Positions 1 through 12,956 of a DNA stretch of 64,000 bases are shown here, in pieces. The position numbers were made by a program, and so were the translations under genes. Below the pieces are notes generated by a model. The model was not told the origin of the DNA. It saw only the letters and a list, made by a program, of their open reading frames with translations, and searched no databases. The stretch is taken from positions 211,079 to 275,078 of the forward strand of contig NW_027192211.1 of NCBI RefSeq assembly GCF_041956535.1. Direction: 5' to 3'. Position 1 is the first letter of the stretch, and every line of letters starts with the position of its first letter. Source of the stretch: Calcarisporiella thermophila CBS 279.70. Its lineage: Eukaryota > Fungi > Calcarisporiellomycota.

Positions 1-2927
1 TCTTGAATCCAGGTATTGACCACGCTGGTATTTCGTGTCAATCCGTTGTGGAAAAGAGACTCTGGGTGGAGAAGAAGCAGACAAGGCACGATATCGGCCG
101 AGAGGCGTTCATTCAAGAAGTCTGGAAGTGGAAAGAGCGGTAAGTTCGGGCCTCGGATACTTTCCCCTACCTCTTTTTCTGCCCCTTCTCTTCCTTTGGT
201 TTCCAACCTATCTTGCCTACGATAGCTACGGAAATCACATCTATATGCAGTTACGGCGTATGGGCGTGTCCTGCGATTGGTCTCGCGCTGCCTTCACCAT
301 GGATCCCGTAAGTGGATGCATCTGAGTGCCTCTCACACGGGCTTTCTCTCATCTTGGAATATAGAATCTTTGCGAGGCGGTCATCGAGGCTTTCTGCAGA
401 CTACACGAGGAGGGCATCATCTATCGCGCCAACCGATTGGTCAACTGGTGTGTTCGCCTGAACACTGCGCTCTCAAACTTGGAGGTCGAGAATAAGGAGA
501 TCCCAGGAAAAACCCTTCTCTCCGTCCCCGGCTACGATCCCAAAGAGAAGTTCGAGTTTGGTGTGTTGGTTCAGTTCGCCTATCCGATCGAGGGATCTGG
601 TAAATAGTTCTCTTTCACCCCCTGCCATTCGGTGGGCAACTCACATCCCCCCCTCCCCTTTCATTCGCATCGTATAGACGAAAAAATCGTGGTCGCCACC
701 ACGCGTGTTGAGACCATGCTCGGAGATACGGCGGTTGCGATCCACCCCAACGATCCTCGCTACAAACATCTGCACGGCAAATTCATTGTGCACCCGTTCA
801 ACGGTCGCCGTATCCCCATCATTACCGATGATATCGCGGTCGATATGGAGTTCGGTACTGGTGCGGTGAAAATCACCCCCGCTCACGACTTCAACGATTA
901 CGAGGTCGGCCGCCGACACAACCTGCCCTTCATCAACATCTACAACGATGACGGCACCCTGAATGCTAACGGTGCTCCCTTCGAGGGGATGAAGCGGTTC
1001 CACGTGCGTGTCAAGGTGATTGAGATGCTCAAAGAGAAGGGGCTGTTCGTGGGGATCAAGGAGAACCCCATGACGATCCCGGTCTGCTCCAAGAGCGGGG
1101 ACGTCATTGAGCCACTGATGAAGCCCCAGTGGTGGCTCGACTGCAAGAAAATGGCCGAGGACGGGATTACGGCGGTGCGAAATGGGGATTTGGAGATCAA
1201 GCCGAGGACCTCGGAGCAGGACTGGTTCCGTTGGCTCGGCAACATCCAAGACTGGTGCATTTCACGGCAACTGTGGTGGGGTCACCGCGTGCCCGCCTAT
1301 TTTGTTCGCCTCGACGATTTCGAAGGTGAACAGGATGTATGTTGTGGATGGTATTGTTGTCGGTGGGGGCTCTCTTTAACCTCTCTCGCTCTTTTCTATG
1401 CCAGGCTTCCGATGGTCAATTTTGGGTCTCGGGACACAACGAGGAGGAGGCCCACAAGAAGGCGAGTGAAAAATTCCCCGGCAAGAAGTTCACTCTGGAG
1501 CAAGGTAAGCACGGGTTGAATTTTTTCTTCCTCCTCCCCCTCCCTTCCCCCTTCAACCCAATGCCTCCTAGAGCATGTATGCTAACCTTTGGCTGCTCCT
1601 TTGTGCAGACCCCGATGTCCTTGATACTTGGTTCTCCTCGGGGCTCTGGCCATTCTCGATTCTCGGCTGGCCCAAGCAAACGGCCGACTTGGAGAGCTTC
1701 TTCCCCACCACGCTGCTTGAAACCGGATGGGACATCCTGTTCTTCTGGGTGGCACGTATGGTCATGTTTAGTCTGAAGCTCACCGGCAAGGTGCCCTTCC
1801 GGGAGATTTTCACCCACGCCATGATTCGCGATGCGCACGGGCGGAAAATGTCGAAGTCGCTGGGCAACGTCATCGACCCCATCGATGTGATCGAGGGTAT
1901 CTCGCTGGAGCAGCTCCACGAGAAGCTGCTGCAGGGCAACCTGGATCCCCGCGAGATCCAAAAGGCCAAGGCTGGGCAGAAGGCCGACTTCCCGAAGGGT
2001 ATCCCGGAGTGCGGCACCGACGCCCTCCGCTTTGCGCTGTGCGCCTACACGGCCACCTCGCTGAACATCAACCTCGACATCCTGCGTGTCGAGGGCTACC
2101 GCAAGTTCTGCAACAAGCTGTGGAACGCGACCCGGTTCGCGCTGATGCGCCTGGGCGAGAAGTTCGAGCCGCTGCCGGCGGCCGGCCTGACTGGGCGGGA
2201 GTCGTTGGTGGAGCGATGGGTGCTTGCCAAGCTGAACCGCGCGGTCAAGGAGACCAACCGCGCGCTGTCGGAAAAGAACTTCATGGCCGCCACCTCCGCC
2301 ATCCACGGGTTCTGGATGTACAACCTCTGCGACGTCTTCGTCGAGGCAATCAAGCCGCTCACGCTGCCGGACACGCCCGACGCCGACCCGGCGAAGCGCT
2401 CGGCCCAGGACACGCTCTACACCTGTCTCGAGGCCGGCTTGAAGCTGCTCCATCCATTCATGCCCTACCTGACCGAGGAGCTCTACCAGCGCCTGCACCG
2501 GCGTCCACAGGACACCATCCCGACCATCATGCGCGCTGCCTATCCCCAGGTCGTGAGCGAATACGACAACGCGGAGGCCGAGCAGGACTTCGACCTGGTG
2601 TTTGAGGGGGTGAAGAGCGCACGTTCCCTGATGACCCAGCACAATAAACTGAAGGCAACGGGTAAGTTGAGCGGATGCATGGAGAATTTGTCTGGATTCC
2701 TTTTTTAACCTTGGGCCTTTCTCTTTCCCCCCTCCCTCCCCCCTTTCCCGCTAGTCTTTGTGAGTACCAAGAACGAGCGATTTGCGGAGCTCTTCCGTTC
2801 GCAGGCAACGATCATCCAATCGCTGGTCAAAGGATGCGAGAAATACGAGGTGGTGAGCGAGGAGAAGGCAGGGTGCGTCTCCGCCCCGCTCAACGAAGAG
2901 GTGGCGGTGTTATTGCAAATCGAGTAG
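1..2927 (+). CDS. VAS1: Valyl-tRNA synthetase, 5'-partial, multi-exon
   Basis: Class I aaRS motifs [55 protein letters not shown]; GT-AG introns; last exon ends [11 protein letters not shown] at 2925-2927. Confidence 0.96.
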
Positions 2928-3217
2928 ATTGCTTGGATGTGGTTATGCTTGCTATATTTTATTTAGACAATATTCATTTTATTTTGATTAGCTTTCTTTT
3001 TGTCTACTATTTTTGTTTCATCTAAAAGAGAATTAAAAATGTCTTTTTTAGACACGAGGAGTGTAGCGGTAAAATATCTAAATATATTTGGCGTTGAAGG
3101 GCCTAAAAATACAGTATGTTACATATTTAGCAACCAAGTGGATCGAGGAGGGGAGGATGAAACGGTGTGATAAAAAAGGCGGGGGGGGGGGGAGGGTGAG
3201 CTAGGCTGGATGGTTTA

Positions 3218-4590
3218 TTATTCGCACAGGCGACGGCGTTTTCTCGTCATGTCCAGGAGATTTTCATCAAGCGAAATGCCCGCAAGGGGAGGTAATCGGG
3301 GAGGCGGCCGCGAGGAGCGATCAAGACTATGGGGAGGGGGTAAGCTTAAATAAGTTTTCAGGGGGGCCGGGGGATCGGCGGAGGCGGACGCCAGAGAGGA
3401 TGGCGGGGGGGTGAGGGGAGGAGGGGGGAGAAAGCTTGGCTTTCCGGTATATCTATTGTCCTCGCCAAGAGAAAGACGCGGTAGGTGGGGGCGATCGTCT
3501 ATGGGGAGCAAAGCATATTAGAATCGGGGTCATGACGGATTGGGCAAGGGCCGGGAGAAGAAGGGGTCACCTTTGGGGAGGGGGAGGGCCGAGCTACGGT
3601 TGCTTGAGGCGGTTTTCCACCATTCGGCGTGGCTAGAGAACTCGTCCGGCGCAGCGCCCGCACTGAACGGGGAAGAATAGTCTTTAGAGGGGTGGCGCTT
3701 GGCACGCACGGGAGAGGTGGGGGTCGCCGCCAATTTCTCGCGCTCTTTCTCGGCTTCTCTATATGGGTGGTACTCCTTTCGATTCGCCGCGGTGAATCCC
3801 TCCGGCGAGTCCTCTCCTATCGGGGTCTTCATCCACAAGGGGGTCCCCGTTGGCGAATAGGTGACGGTTTGATGGCGGAGCGCAAAGTAGCCCAGATCCT
3901 CGTCGGTCTCCTCCGTTTTACTCGAAGGGCTGGTCTGATGCACGGCGGGGTTAGGCGTGTGGATGCTTGTGTCCCGTGCATGGCCCGAGAAAAGGGGCAT
4001 GCTGGAGTGTGCGGCGCTTGGATGGGGAGTGGGGGGGAGGGGGGACTCAGCGGGGGCGGAATCGTGCTGGATCAAGCTCACTATCAAGGGGGAGAGGCAA
4101 AGGGTGAGATGGGGGACCGTGGGCACGGAGTAGGCGGTGCAAGCCCTACCTAGTCTCGAGAATTCTTTGCGATGCACCGGTTGGCATTCATCCTCCTTGC
4201 AGATCCTCGCCAAGAGTTGGATCGAGTTGACCATGGCCTAAAGAAGAGTGGGTTATTCTCGGTTGCAGCGCTGCGTCTGGGCCAGCCTCTAGGCATACTT
4301 ACCCGTTGCTGTCTCAGGGCCTGGTCATGATACATGTCCAGGTTTGTCAGCAGCTGTGTCAAGCGTGCCCGTAGCTGCTCGTACCCTTGGTTCAGCCTAT
4401 CCATATACTGATTCGCAAAATCCATGATCTCGGCGGAGGATATTGCCGTGGTGGATGGGGTGAGCATCGAGCCAGCATGCTCGCCCCTGTCTGTCGCTGA
4501 GCCTGATGTATTCTGCTCTTCGGCACCGTGATGGTCTGATTTGTCATGCTGCGGATGTTGAGGTTGTAGGGACCGTTGCTGTTGTTGTTG

Positions 4591-4621
<31 letters not shown>

Positions 4622-5203
4622 TGGTGTTGCTGTTGCTTGAGTGATATTTGGAATGCTCGCGAAGTTTTACGTTTGATGTTGCCAAGAAGATTCGTCTTGC
4701 CGCGTTGGAAATCGGGATGGCGGAATTCCCAACTCTGATGTTCGGAATTGCCGTTAGCATGGAAGACGTCGTTGACCTTGTGAAAGCCGTACACTTGGGG
4801 GAGGGGAGGGGAGGGGAGGAGAGGGCGAGAGAGAGTGAAGAGGGCGGATTAATGGAAAGATCTCAGAGATGGAATTCATTTGCTTACTGTTCAGCTGCCG
4901 CACGAAGCTCTGCCAATTGCTGTGCTTGAAGTAGCGGGGCAGGATTTTGCGGGAGAATTCGATTGGATTGCTAACGGAGAAGAAGTGGCCGTCGGGCTCA
5001 GACCAGCGGATGAGATCGCTATTAAGCCTGTCCTCGAGCATGCTAGGAGGGGGAGGCAGGGGGATTAGTCAGAGGGCGCGGCGCATCGGGGGGGGGGAGG
5101 GGCGTTACCTGTGCAGCTTGTGGACGAAGGCCGCGGGGTTGCAGGGGATCATGTGGTTGTTAGCCAGCGGCGGAACATGCAGGTGGGCCTCCTTCCCGGT
5201 CAT
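3218..5203 (-). CDS. HSF-type DNA-binding transcription factor with polyQ tract
   Basis: Spliced HSF domain AFVHKLH/MLED...IRWS...FSRKILPRYFKHSNWQSFVRQLN/MYGFHKV...WEFRHPDF; ATG at 5203; final exon ends RKRRRLCE. Confidence 0.9.
4576..4635 (-). repeat. CAG/CAA trinucleotide tract encoding polyglutamine
   Basis: (ttg)n(ctg)n on + strand, in frame with the HSF exon. Confidence 0.95.
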
Positions 5204-5556
5204 TTTGGCAGGAGGAAGCTAGGCAATGACCGCGAGAGGAAGGAGCTACGGCTCTGAGACCGGTGAAGAAAAGTCCACGAACACAGGCTACGCTGCTTTC
5301 CTGGGTATCGAGCGATAACTTCCTAGGTTTAAGCCATAGCACGCGCTGAGTAAGGAGATTCGGGAGACGGTCACATTTTTGGTGGGGTGTGTGCCTGCAT
5401 TATTTTTTTTCGAAACCCGGCTAGTCACCGAGGATCAAAGCGGGGTGAAACCAGGTTTGGCAGCCGATCGGTGTAAGCGGAACGGCAAGCCTACCAAGCC
5501 ATATGGGGTCTAGAAGGCCTCTCTGTCCCGCGTGCCGGAAAAAATAGGGCGGCCAA

Positions 5557-6981
5557 ATGGACAATCAATCGCTTGCCGTCATCATCGTGGTTGTGGTTGT
5601 GGTCGCATGCGTCCTCATCCACTCCATCACCTTCTTCATCGCCGCCTTCCTCGCCAAGCGCACCGCATCGCCCTACCATGCCCTCGTCGTCCGGCTTCTG
5701 TAAGCCCTTTGCTTCAACGCGTCCTGCCTCCGGCTAACCCTCTCTGCCTCCCCCTCCCCCCCCCCTCTGTAGGCGCTGGCCAACCGCGCTGCTGGTCCCT
5801 GTCCTCGGGGCCCTGTTTTCGCTTCCCCTCATCGCCATGCCCCCCGATGTGTTCAACATCATCCGTCACGCGCTGGTCATCGTCCTAATCATCTCCATCG
5901 CCTGGCTTCTGTTGAACTTGATCAAGCTCGTGACCCAATCTTTCGAGCTGAACTGGAAGGAGAAAGAGCCCACGCATCGCAGGCAAGCGGTAAATGCTAA
6001 CGGCGCTGGCATCCACTCAATGAGAAGCACTAATGGCCTATTGTAGACTCGCACGCAGACCGTGGTGATTACGCGAACTCTGTCCGGGATCCTCATCGTG
6101 GCAGCGATAGGAGCGGTAGGATATATGCTTATTATCCATGCGCTAAGCAGGGTCACCCATCTGCTTTTCCGCACACAGATTATCTTCTCATTTCCTCAGG
6201 CATATCAGATCGGGGCATCGCTCCTGGCTTCCGCGGGGATCATGTCGTTGATCGTCGGACTCTCCGCCCGGCCTTTCTTCGAAAACATGGTGGCCTCGCT
6301 GCAGATCGCCATCACGCAGCCCATCACGCTCGATGACGAGGTCACCGTGGAGGGCGAGCTGGGGGTCGTCGAGGAGATCGGCGCGCAGTATGTGGTCGTG
6401 CGCACCCTTGAGGACCGGCGACTGATCGTCCCGCTCACGCGTTTCATCACCCATCCGTTTGTGAACTGGACGCGCAAGAACACCGGGAAGCTGGGCTATG
6501 TGTTTCTGTGGCTGGACTATGGCGCCCGAGTCGACGTGCTCCGAAAACGCCTGCTGGAGATATGCGAGGAGAGCGTGTGCTGGGATCGGCGGGTCGCGGT
6601 AGTCCATGTAAGGATCCTGCGCCTCGGATATCCGCCCTGCCGGCGCTGACGCCCCCCCCCCCCTCCTGTTTTGCTCTCTAGATTGTCGAATGCACCGACA
6701 GGTGCATGCAGGTGCGCTTCACGGTGAGCGCCCGTAACGCGCCCTTCCTACGGGACCTGAGGAACTACGTGCGCGAGAAATTGATCGAGTATGTGCAGCA
6801 GCAGCGGCCCAGCTACCTCCCTAGGTCGCGAAACATGGAGGTGGAGCGCGCAGATAAACCCGACTCCCGCGACGCGCAAGTGCAAGTGCCTTGTGACGGC
6901 GGGAGCCCTGGGCCTTCAAACTCCGCAGCCCGAGGAAAAATGCCAAGCGACGACGCGGAACTTATTTCGAAGACACTTTGA
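5557..6981 (+). CDS. MscS-family small-conductance mechanosensitive channel, bacterial-type, 4 introns
   Basis: Spliced ORF MDNQSLAVIIVV...; GASLLASAG, LQIAITQPITLDDEVTVEGELGVVEEI, RRLIVPL, PFVNWTR, DLRNYVREKL. Confidence 0.9.
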
Positions 6982-7607
6982 GAATCCTAGTCCCAAAAAC
7001 CTTAATCCCGTGTGCTAGTATGTTTTGAGAAACATGGCGATTCCATCCTCATTCTTCCGGGAAGTCGGTGGGGGGCCGGCAATACCTTTGGAGCCGCCGG
7101 TCCGTGATGTAATCGCCTTCCCCCGGACAAGTGCACCTAGATCTATCCTTTTCAGTGACTCTATTTTCTTATACCTGTTCATGACCACTTGACATGTTTG
7201 AGATCGAGTTGAATTCAATTATAAGCTTATCACGGCTAATCTTGTGCGCAATTTTTCTCCCCGAAGCTCTGGATCCTAGCACGGGGACCTGGATTAATAA
7301 GATCTCCAAATCTTTTGTGAAACCCGAGCGCACCTAACTCTCCCTGTCTATCAGGGGTGAGTGTGAGGAGCGGTGATTTTAATGATGCATTCGGAGGCAT
7401 TATTATTCAATGGCAATGCAATGGCATTTCTCCGGTGCTCATTGGAGCTACACATCATTGAAAAACCGTGGAGCCTGAGATGGGAATGAGATGCTTCACT
7501 ATTTTACAATACAAATACAAAGTGCACATCCAAAAACAATAGGGTTATAACATCGACCACATCGCTGGAGGAATAATGTTCTCGATGGCGCATGGCCTCT
7601 CTTTCCG

Positions 7608-7921
7608 CTATTCATGCATGAATCTCAACTTCTCCTTCTCCTCCTCTTTGGCTAATTTCAGTACCTCCACCTCGCGCCGGGCCTTTTCCTTCCCCATCCA
7701 ATCGCCCGTCTCGCGGTCCTGTCGCTCCAGCTCTTCCATTGCGTGCACAATTTCTGCCGGGATGTGGACTGACTCGGGGACCTGGGCAGGCGATGGGCCC
7801 GGGGATGACTTTGAATCGTAGAGATTCTTCTTCATTGCGCTTGCCTATTAGATACAGCGAATGTTCGTGAGCGGGAAGGAGAAAAGAATCAACAAAGAGT
7901 AGAAAATAGCGAGTTTACCAT
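7608..7921 (-). CDS. Small hypothetical charged protein (~79 aa), first exon is ATG only
   Basis: ATG|gtaaac donor at ~7919 and ctaatag acceptor at ~7845 give MASAMKKNLYDS... joining the 75-aa ORF. Confidence 0.5.
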
Positions 7922-8370
7922 GATTTCCGCCTTGTTTTGATGCAATTCGATTTGATTCGATTCGGGGCGTCCACTTCTTTGAATGCAAAATGGGAGAATA
8001 CTTTATATACTCTTGACTAAACGCTTCGTAGGCGTTTGAGCACACGTCCCAATTTAAGCGGCCAAAAATTCGCCACTTGAAGGCTTAGATCTGCTCCGCA
8101 TACCCGATCTCTTCCAATTTGGGTTACAGCATCAGAAAATCGTCAGGTTCCTCAACAACACTAAAGGAGTCAAAGCTGTTTCCTCTTGTTGTGTTCGTTT
8201 CACAAGCTTCTCCGGGTTTCTAGGATAAACACGTGCGAAAAAAAAGAAATGCAGATATAAATTAAATAATGAAAAGGGCGGAAATGTGTAGTGAATGGGT
8301 AAAGGGTGAGAAATGCGGGAGTGAGGGGTAGGGCAAGGCCACATCTTCCAGGACCTCGCTTTGTATGAGG

Positions 8371-9419
8371 CTATCTGGTTATGATTCTATCCATGCTTAT
8401 TCTCTCCCGTGGCTCCTCCGGGGTGCGATTCTCTTCCTCGCGAGGGGATCTAGCCTCCGAACTGAAGTCCGGGGGAGATTCGACCACTACGACGGGCGAC
8501 GGCAGGGCTATCTCGTGGGCACGGGGTCCTCCGTGCTCCACATCACTAGGCCGCCTTATCACTTGGAGTTCGGTCTCTTCGCGTCGCCCCTCCATGTACG
8601 CAGGTGGCGGAGGCATCAATGGATCCACAGGGCAATAGCTAAAAGGAAGAGATCATGAGTGCCTCGTGTGGGGAGGGTGCCAAGTCCAAATCTAAAATTA
8701 CGCCGGCAAATTCTCCATGTAGTCGTCCGGCTCCACCTCTGCGATCTCCACCGCCCAGCGAGGAATCGATGTATACATAATCGACATCACCGAGCCCGGA
8801 ATCCGCCGCGTGAACCATGCTACTGCATGCGGGACGGCATCCTGAAGAGTGAACTGCTGTAGCAGTATGGAGAGCTCCGTCTCAAACTACTCCGTCAAAT
8901 GGGTTATTCCCGTCGCTTAGAGGGTGGAGCACTAGGGCTTTACCTGTTGCAGCCGTTCGAATAAAACATGCCGCCTGTAGTAGTAATATAAAAACAGGAG
9001 ACAAGGTGGAGCAAACACTAGGAAATGGACCTGCATGGGGAAGATAGAGAACAGGATAAGGAGGGCCACCCCAATTATGACGAAGAGACCGCCGGATATG
9101 ATGTAGTAGTCTCGTCGAACAGAGGGGAAATTGAGCTCCGTAAACTGATGGATTTCCTTGACCCGCTGCTCGAAAAGGTCTCGAGGAACCTTAATTATCA
9201 TAGTGAGTTCAAGCCGATGTTGGGAGCCATGGAGACAGGGAATGGGGCAAGGCAAAAACAGCCTTGGCAGCTATCATATTCATTCCCGTCGGCCTAATTC
9301 TCAATAATGAAACTTACCCTCCCATCCAATGAGTATGCCTCGTATCCTCTAATGTCGAAGCGGGGCTTTTTCCTAAAGTTCCCCGCTATTAGCGGAATGG
9401 TGCATAATGTTCTGGTCAT
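8371..9419 (-). CDS. Hypothetical two-TM membrane protein with PY motifs
   Basis: Four exons joined at canonical sites; two hydrophobic helices (IISGGLFVIIGVALLILF, VHFLVFAPPCLLFLYYY); LPAY and PPPPAY motifs in the tail. Confidence 0.65.
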
Positions 9420-9737
9420 GGCAGAAAAAAGCGAAATGCTCACTTTTTGGGAAATGGTTTGTGTTATGGGAAAGCAGAGAATGGCCTTGGATGCATTTAA
9501 ATAATTATATATTAATTCGAGCCAAGTAAGAGGCAAACATAAATAAAAAAGCAGCTTGGTGGTTATCAAAAAGGCCTGAATTCGGTCATAAAAGGAACGG
9601 CGACCTAATAAAAAAGGGGTGAAAGGGTGGGTTCACGATCTTCACTTCCGACAAGCCACACTTTCATTATTGTCCATTTTTTCATATCTCGTTCCTAGAT
9701 CTTCGACCCTTCTTCCCCATCCCAAAAAAGTAGCGCA

Positions 9738-12700
9738 ATGCTTCGGCCACGCGGAGTGGTTTCAAGACTCCTTATCACACAGAACACGGCCCTACAATTT
9801 CGCTCAAGATACCCCCATAGATTAATTGTCCATTGCCAGCATCGGTTATCCCACACCCCTTCATCCACTCCACCGCAGGAGACAGAGGGTAAATCTGCTG
9901 ATCCGGCCCCGCATCAACAGTTAGAGCAGAAGCCGCCGCAGCAGGAGGAGGAGGATACAAAGCCACCCCCTAAAAAACGTGCCTCCTCGCCCGCGGCAAC
10001 CACCAAACCAAGCGATGCCAAATCAGCCGCCCCTTCTTCCGCCGATGCGCCAAGTAAATCCAATGGCCGAAGACGGAGTGTACCACTCAGTGTTCCACGG
10101 CGCCACGTGCAGCTCCGAGAACTCATAGATCCCATGCCCCCCATTCTTGCGCGCTCCAACCTGGAGGCTCGCATTATGCGCCGAGAAAGCAATAGAAGCC
10201 ACTTTGAAGAAGTTCCTGTCCATACTGCTACCAAGAAAGAGCTGGTTGAAACGCTTCGAGTTTTGTTGGACGCGCGCGCAAAGGCGCTTGCTGAGCGTTT
10301 GCCAAGTGTTGCGGCAACGAAAATTTTGGCCATGGTATCTCCCTTCAAGAATTCGGATATCTATGTTGAGCATCTCTGCCGTGCGGCGAGCGCTGAACTA
10401 GACGCCGACTTCGTGGTGCTTCAAACCCGGGATCTCTTCGAGCGGGTGCCATCTATAACCGCTTTAAATGCACGAGTGGTGGGGACGGGTGGAGGACAGC
10501 AGGTGATGTTAATGGGAGGAGGGCACAGGCGACGTGGTGATATGGATTTTATGATGCGGCTGGGTGGAAACATGGCAGCTTTCGTGTCGCCTTCGGTTGC
10601 CCGGGTGGGAGGCGGCGCGGGAGAGGGAAAAAGAACGGGAAACGATGAGATGATCAGTAGTGTTCCATTCCCATGGAATCGGCCGTATCGAGCTTCAGGC
10701 GGGAGCGACCTATTCAGATTCATTGCTTCGGAAACCTCTGCCTCGGGTGGTGCCACGGCGTCTGCTGCAGAGAAGAAGCCCGAGGCTGTCCTTTTAATTG
10801 AGGAGACCCTTAAGGATGTAGTGGGCGCAATAATGGAGCTGAAAAAGAAGAAGCGGAATATAGTGGTGTACTATAGGGACTGGATGGAGCTCTTAGCCAT
10901 GAGTGGGCGCTACGCAGACGATATTCTCAAGAGCATCACGGGACTCTTGCGAAAAGAATCAGGCGTGGTGTTCGTGACCCCTGCGACGCCGACACTAGGG
11001 AAATGGACGGGCATTCCGGGCGCAGGTCGACAGTCCAGGGGGTTTCCATCGGTGCTCCTGATGCGTGCAGACAACGAGGAGGACGAGGACGAGGAGGAAG
11101 ATGAGGCCGAGGAATACAACGACCTCGAGCTTGATGATGATAAACTGATGGACAAGGTCATAGAGGGGCGACTGGACTATTCAAGCCTGCTCAGCCATTA
11201 CCTTGGTGCCGCTACAGTCCCTATTCTACCTCCCCCTCGGCAGGATCTGCCCTCTTTTGAAGCCAGGTTACAGCTGGACGGCCGCCGATGGTTCAAATGG
11301 ATCAATGTTCAGGAGATGTTGGCCATTGCTTCTGCCAACGGAATCACCATCGAGCTTCCGACCCTGGAAGGCCAGGATGTGGGGATGACCTACGAAGTGA
11401 CGGATGGACTCTTCTCTGATACTATTCTAGAGAGGCAGTTGCTTTCTCCGGCACAGATTGAGCGAGTGTTGTTGCTTGCGCTCGGAAGCACCTCAGCCAA
11501 AGCCAATGATCGTGCTAATACGGGAGAATCCCTTACAGTGGGGGTCGATGCGCTTGGCCAAGGTCTGGAGATTGTCACGGGTAGCATCGAGGGGATGCAA
11601 GGGGCCACCCCACAGCGCATGTCTCTATCCTCCCGGGAAAAGCGCCTGCTCCGTCAGTGCCTGATTCACCCGGCCAAGCATGTTGGGTTTTCTCATATTG
11701 GGGGCCTCTCAAAGGCAAAACGAACCGTGCAGGAGTTGATCCAGCTTCCCCTACAGCGACCAGAGCTCTTCAAGTCGGGGATATTACGCCAGAGCACAAC
11801 GGTAGGATGGCGCATGTGCTTCTGCAGATTTCCAACCCAACCCTTACCCTATCGTTTGCATTTTATTAGGGCGTCTTACTTTTCGGGCCGCCTGGCACCG
11901 GTAAAACGTTGCTTGCGAAGGCCATTGCCTCGGAATCGGGTGCCAATTTTTTGGCGGTTGAAATGGGCCACTTGCAAGACAAGTACGTGGGGGAAAACGA
12001 AAAGAATGTCCGGGTAAGTGTAGCGGACTAGCCAAGTATCCGTGGAATCGGCCTTCAGCTAAACAATTCTTCATAGGCTTTGTTCAGCCTGGCCAGGAAA
12101 CTTCGCCCGTGCATCATCTTTGTGGATGAGGTGGATGCATTGCTGCGTAAACGGGGGCATGGCTCGCCCCACTGGGCCGTGTCTACTCAGAACGATTTTA
12201 TGAGCGAATGGGATGGCATCAATTCAGAGAACTCTGGCGTTATTGGTAAGGGATAGCGGAAAAGAAACAAGATGCTTTTGTCCCTGTGAATAACCGCTTT
12301 TTTGCCTCTTTAAAGTCATCGGAGCAACCAACAGGCCGTTTGATTTGGACGAAGCCGTGTTGCGCCGCATGCCTCGCCGCATTCTCGTTGACTTGCCTGA
12401 TGAGCCCACGCGGCGCGACATCCTCCGCATTTTGCTGCGAGATGAGGCGTGCGACGAGGTCGATCTTGGAGAAATAGCACGGCTTACTTCTCACTATTCA
12501 GGCTCCGATCTTAAAAATCTGTGCATTGCGGCGGCATACCATGCGATTCGGGAGGAGAGTGCGGATGGGAGAGGGGACATGGGCGGGCTCGGTGGCAATC
12601 TTGCACAGAGACGTGCCATGAAGATGCAGCATTTCCTTTCGGCGCTAGAAGACGTACCGGCGAGTCTTGCAAATGAAATGGACAGCATTCGGCAGCTGAG

Positions 12701-12755
12701 GGAGTGGGATGCCTTGTTTGGGGCGAAAGGAAAGGGCAAGACAATAGGATTTTGA
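9738..12755 (+). CDS. Msp1/ATAD1-like AAA ATPase with long N-terminus, probable mitochondrial presequence
   Basis: [20 protein letters not shown], Walker A GPPGTGKT, Walker [39 protein letters not shown]; Arg-rich N-terminus. Confidence 0.9.
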
Positions 12756-12956
12756 ATCTTTTTAGATAAATAGATAGACGCTTTCTTTATTTAATTCTTC
12801 GTGGATCAATGCAAATGGTGAGATCGAGATCACGCGTTCACCTGAACCTTAAATTTACTCATCTACAAATTACCTCACGTCAACGCCCTTGCAAAAATTT
12901 TTAGGGCAACCGCATTTCCCCCATCCCTTTTTCATCTCTACCGCTTTTGCCCAAAG

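Noticed and set aside
641-2642. Long antisense ORFs (202 and 408 aa) opposite ValRS
   Set aside because: Expected shadow ORFs of GC3-rich coding sequence; no recognisable motifs
7000-7500. GGGAAGTCGGTGG (RNase P CR-I-like), CCGGTGCTC...CTGAGAT (TPP riboswitch-like) and C/D-box-like words in an intergenic region
   Set aside because: The complementary P4 strand and the riboswitch 3' half are not found, and the C box is imperfect; an Infernal/Rfam scan would be needed
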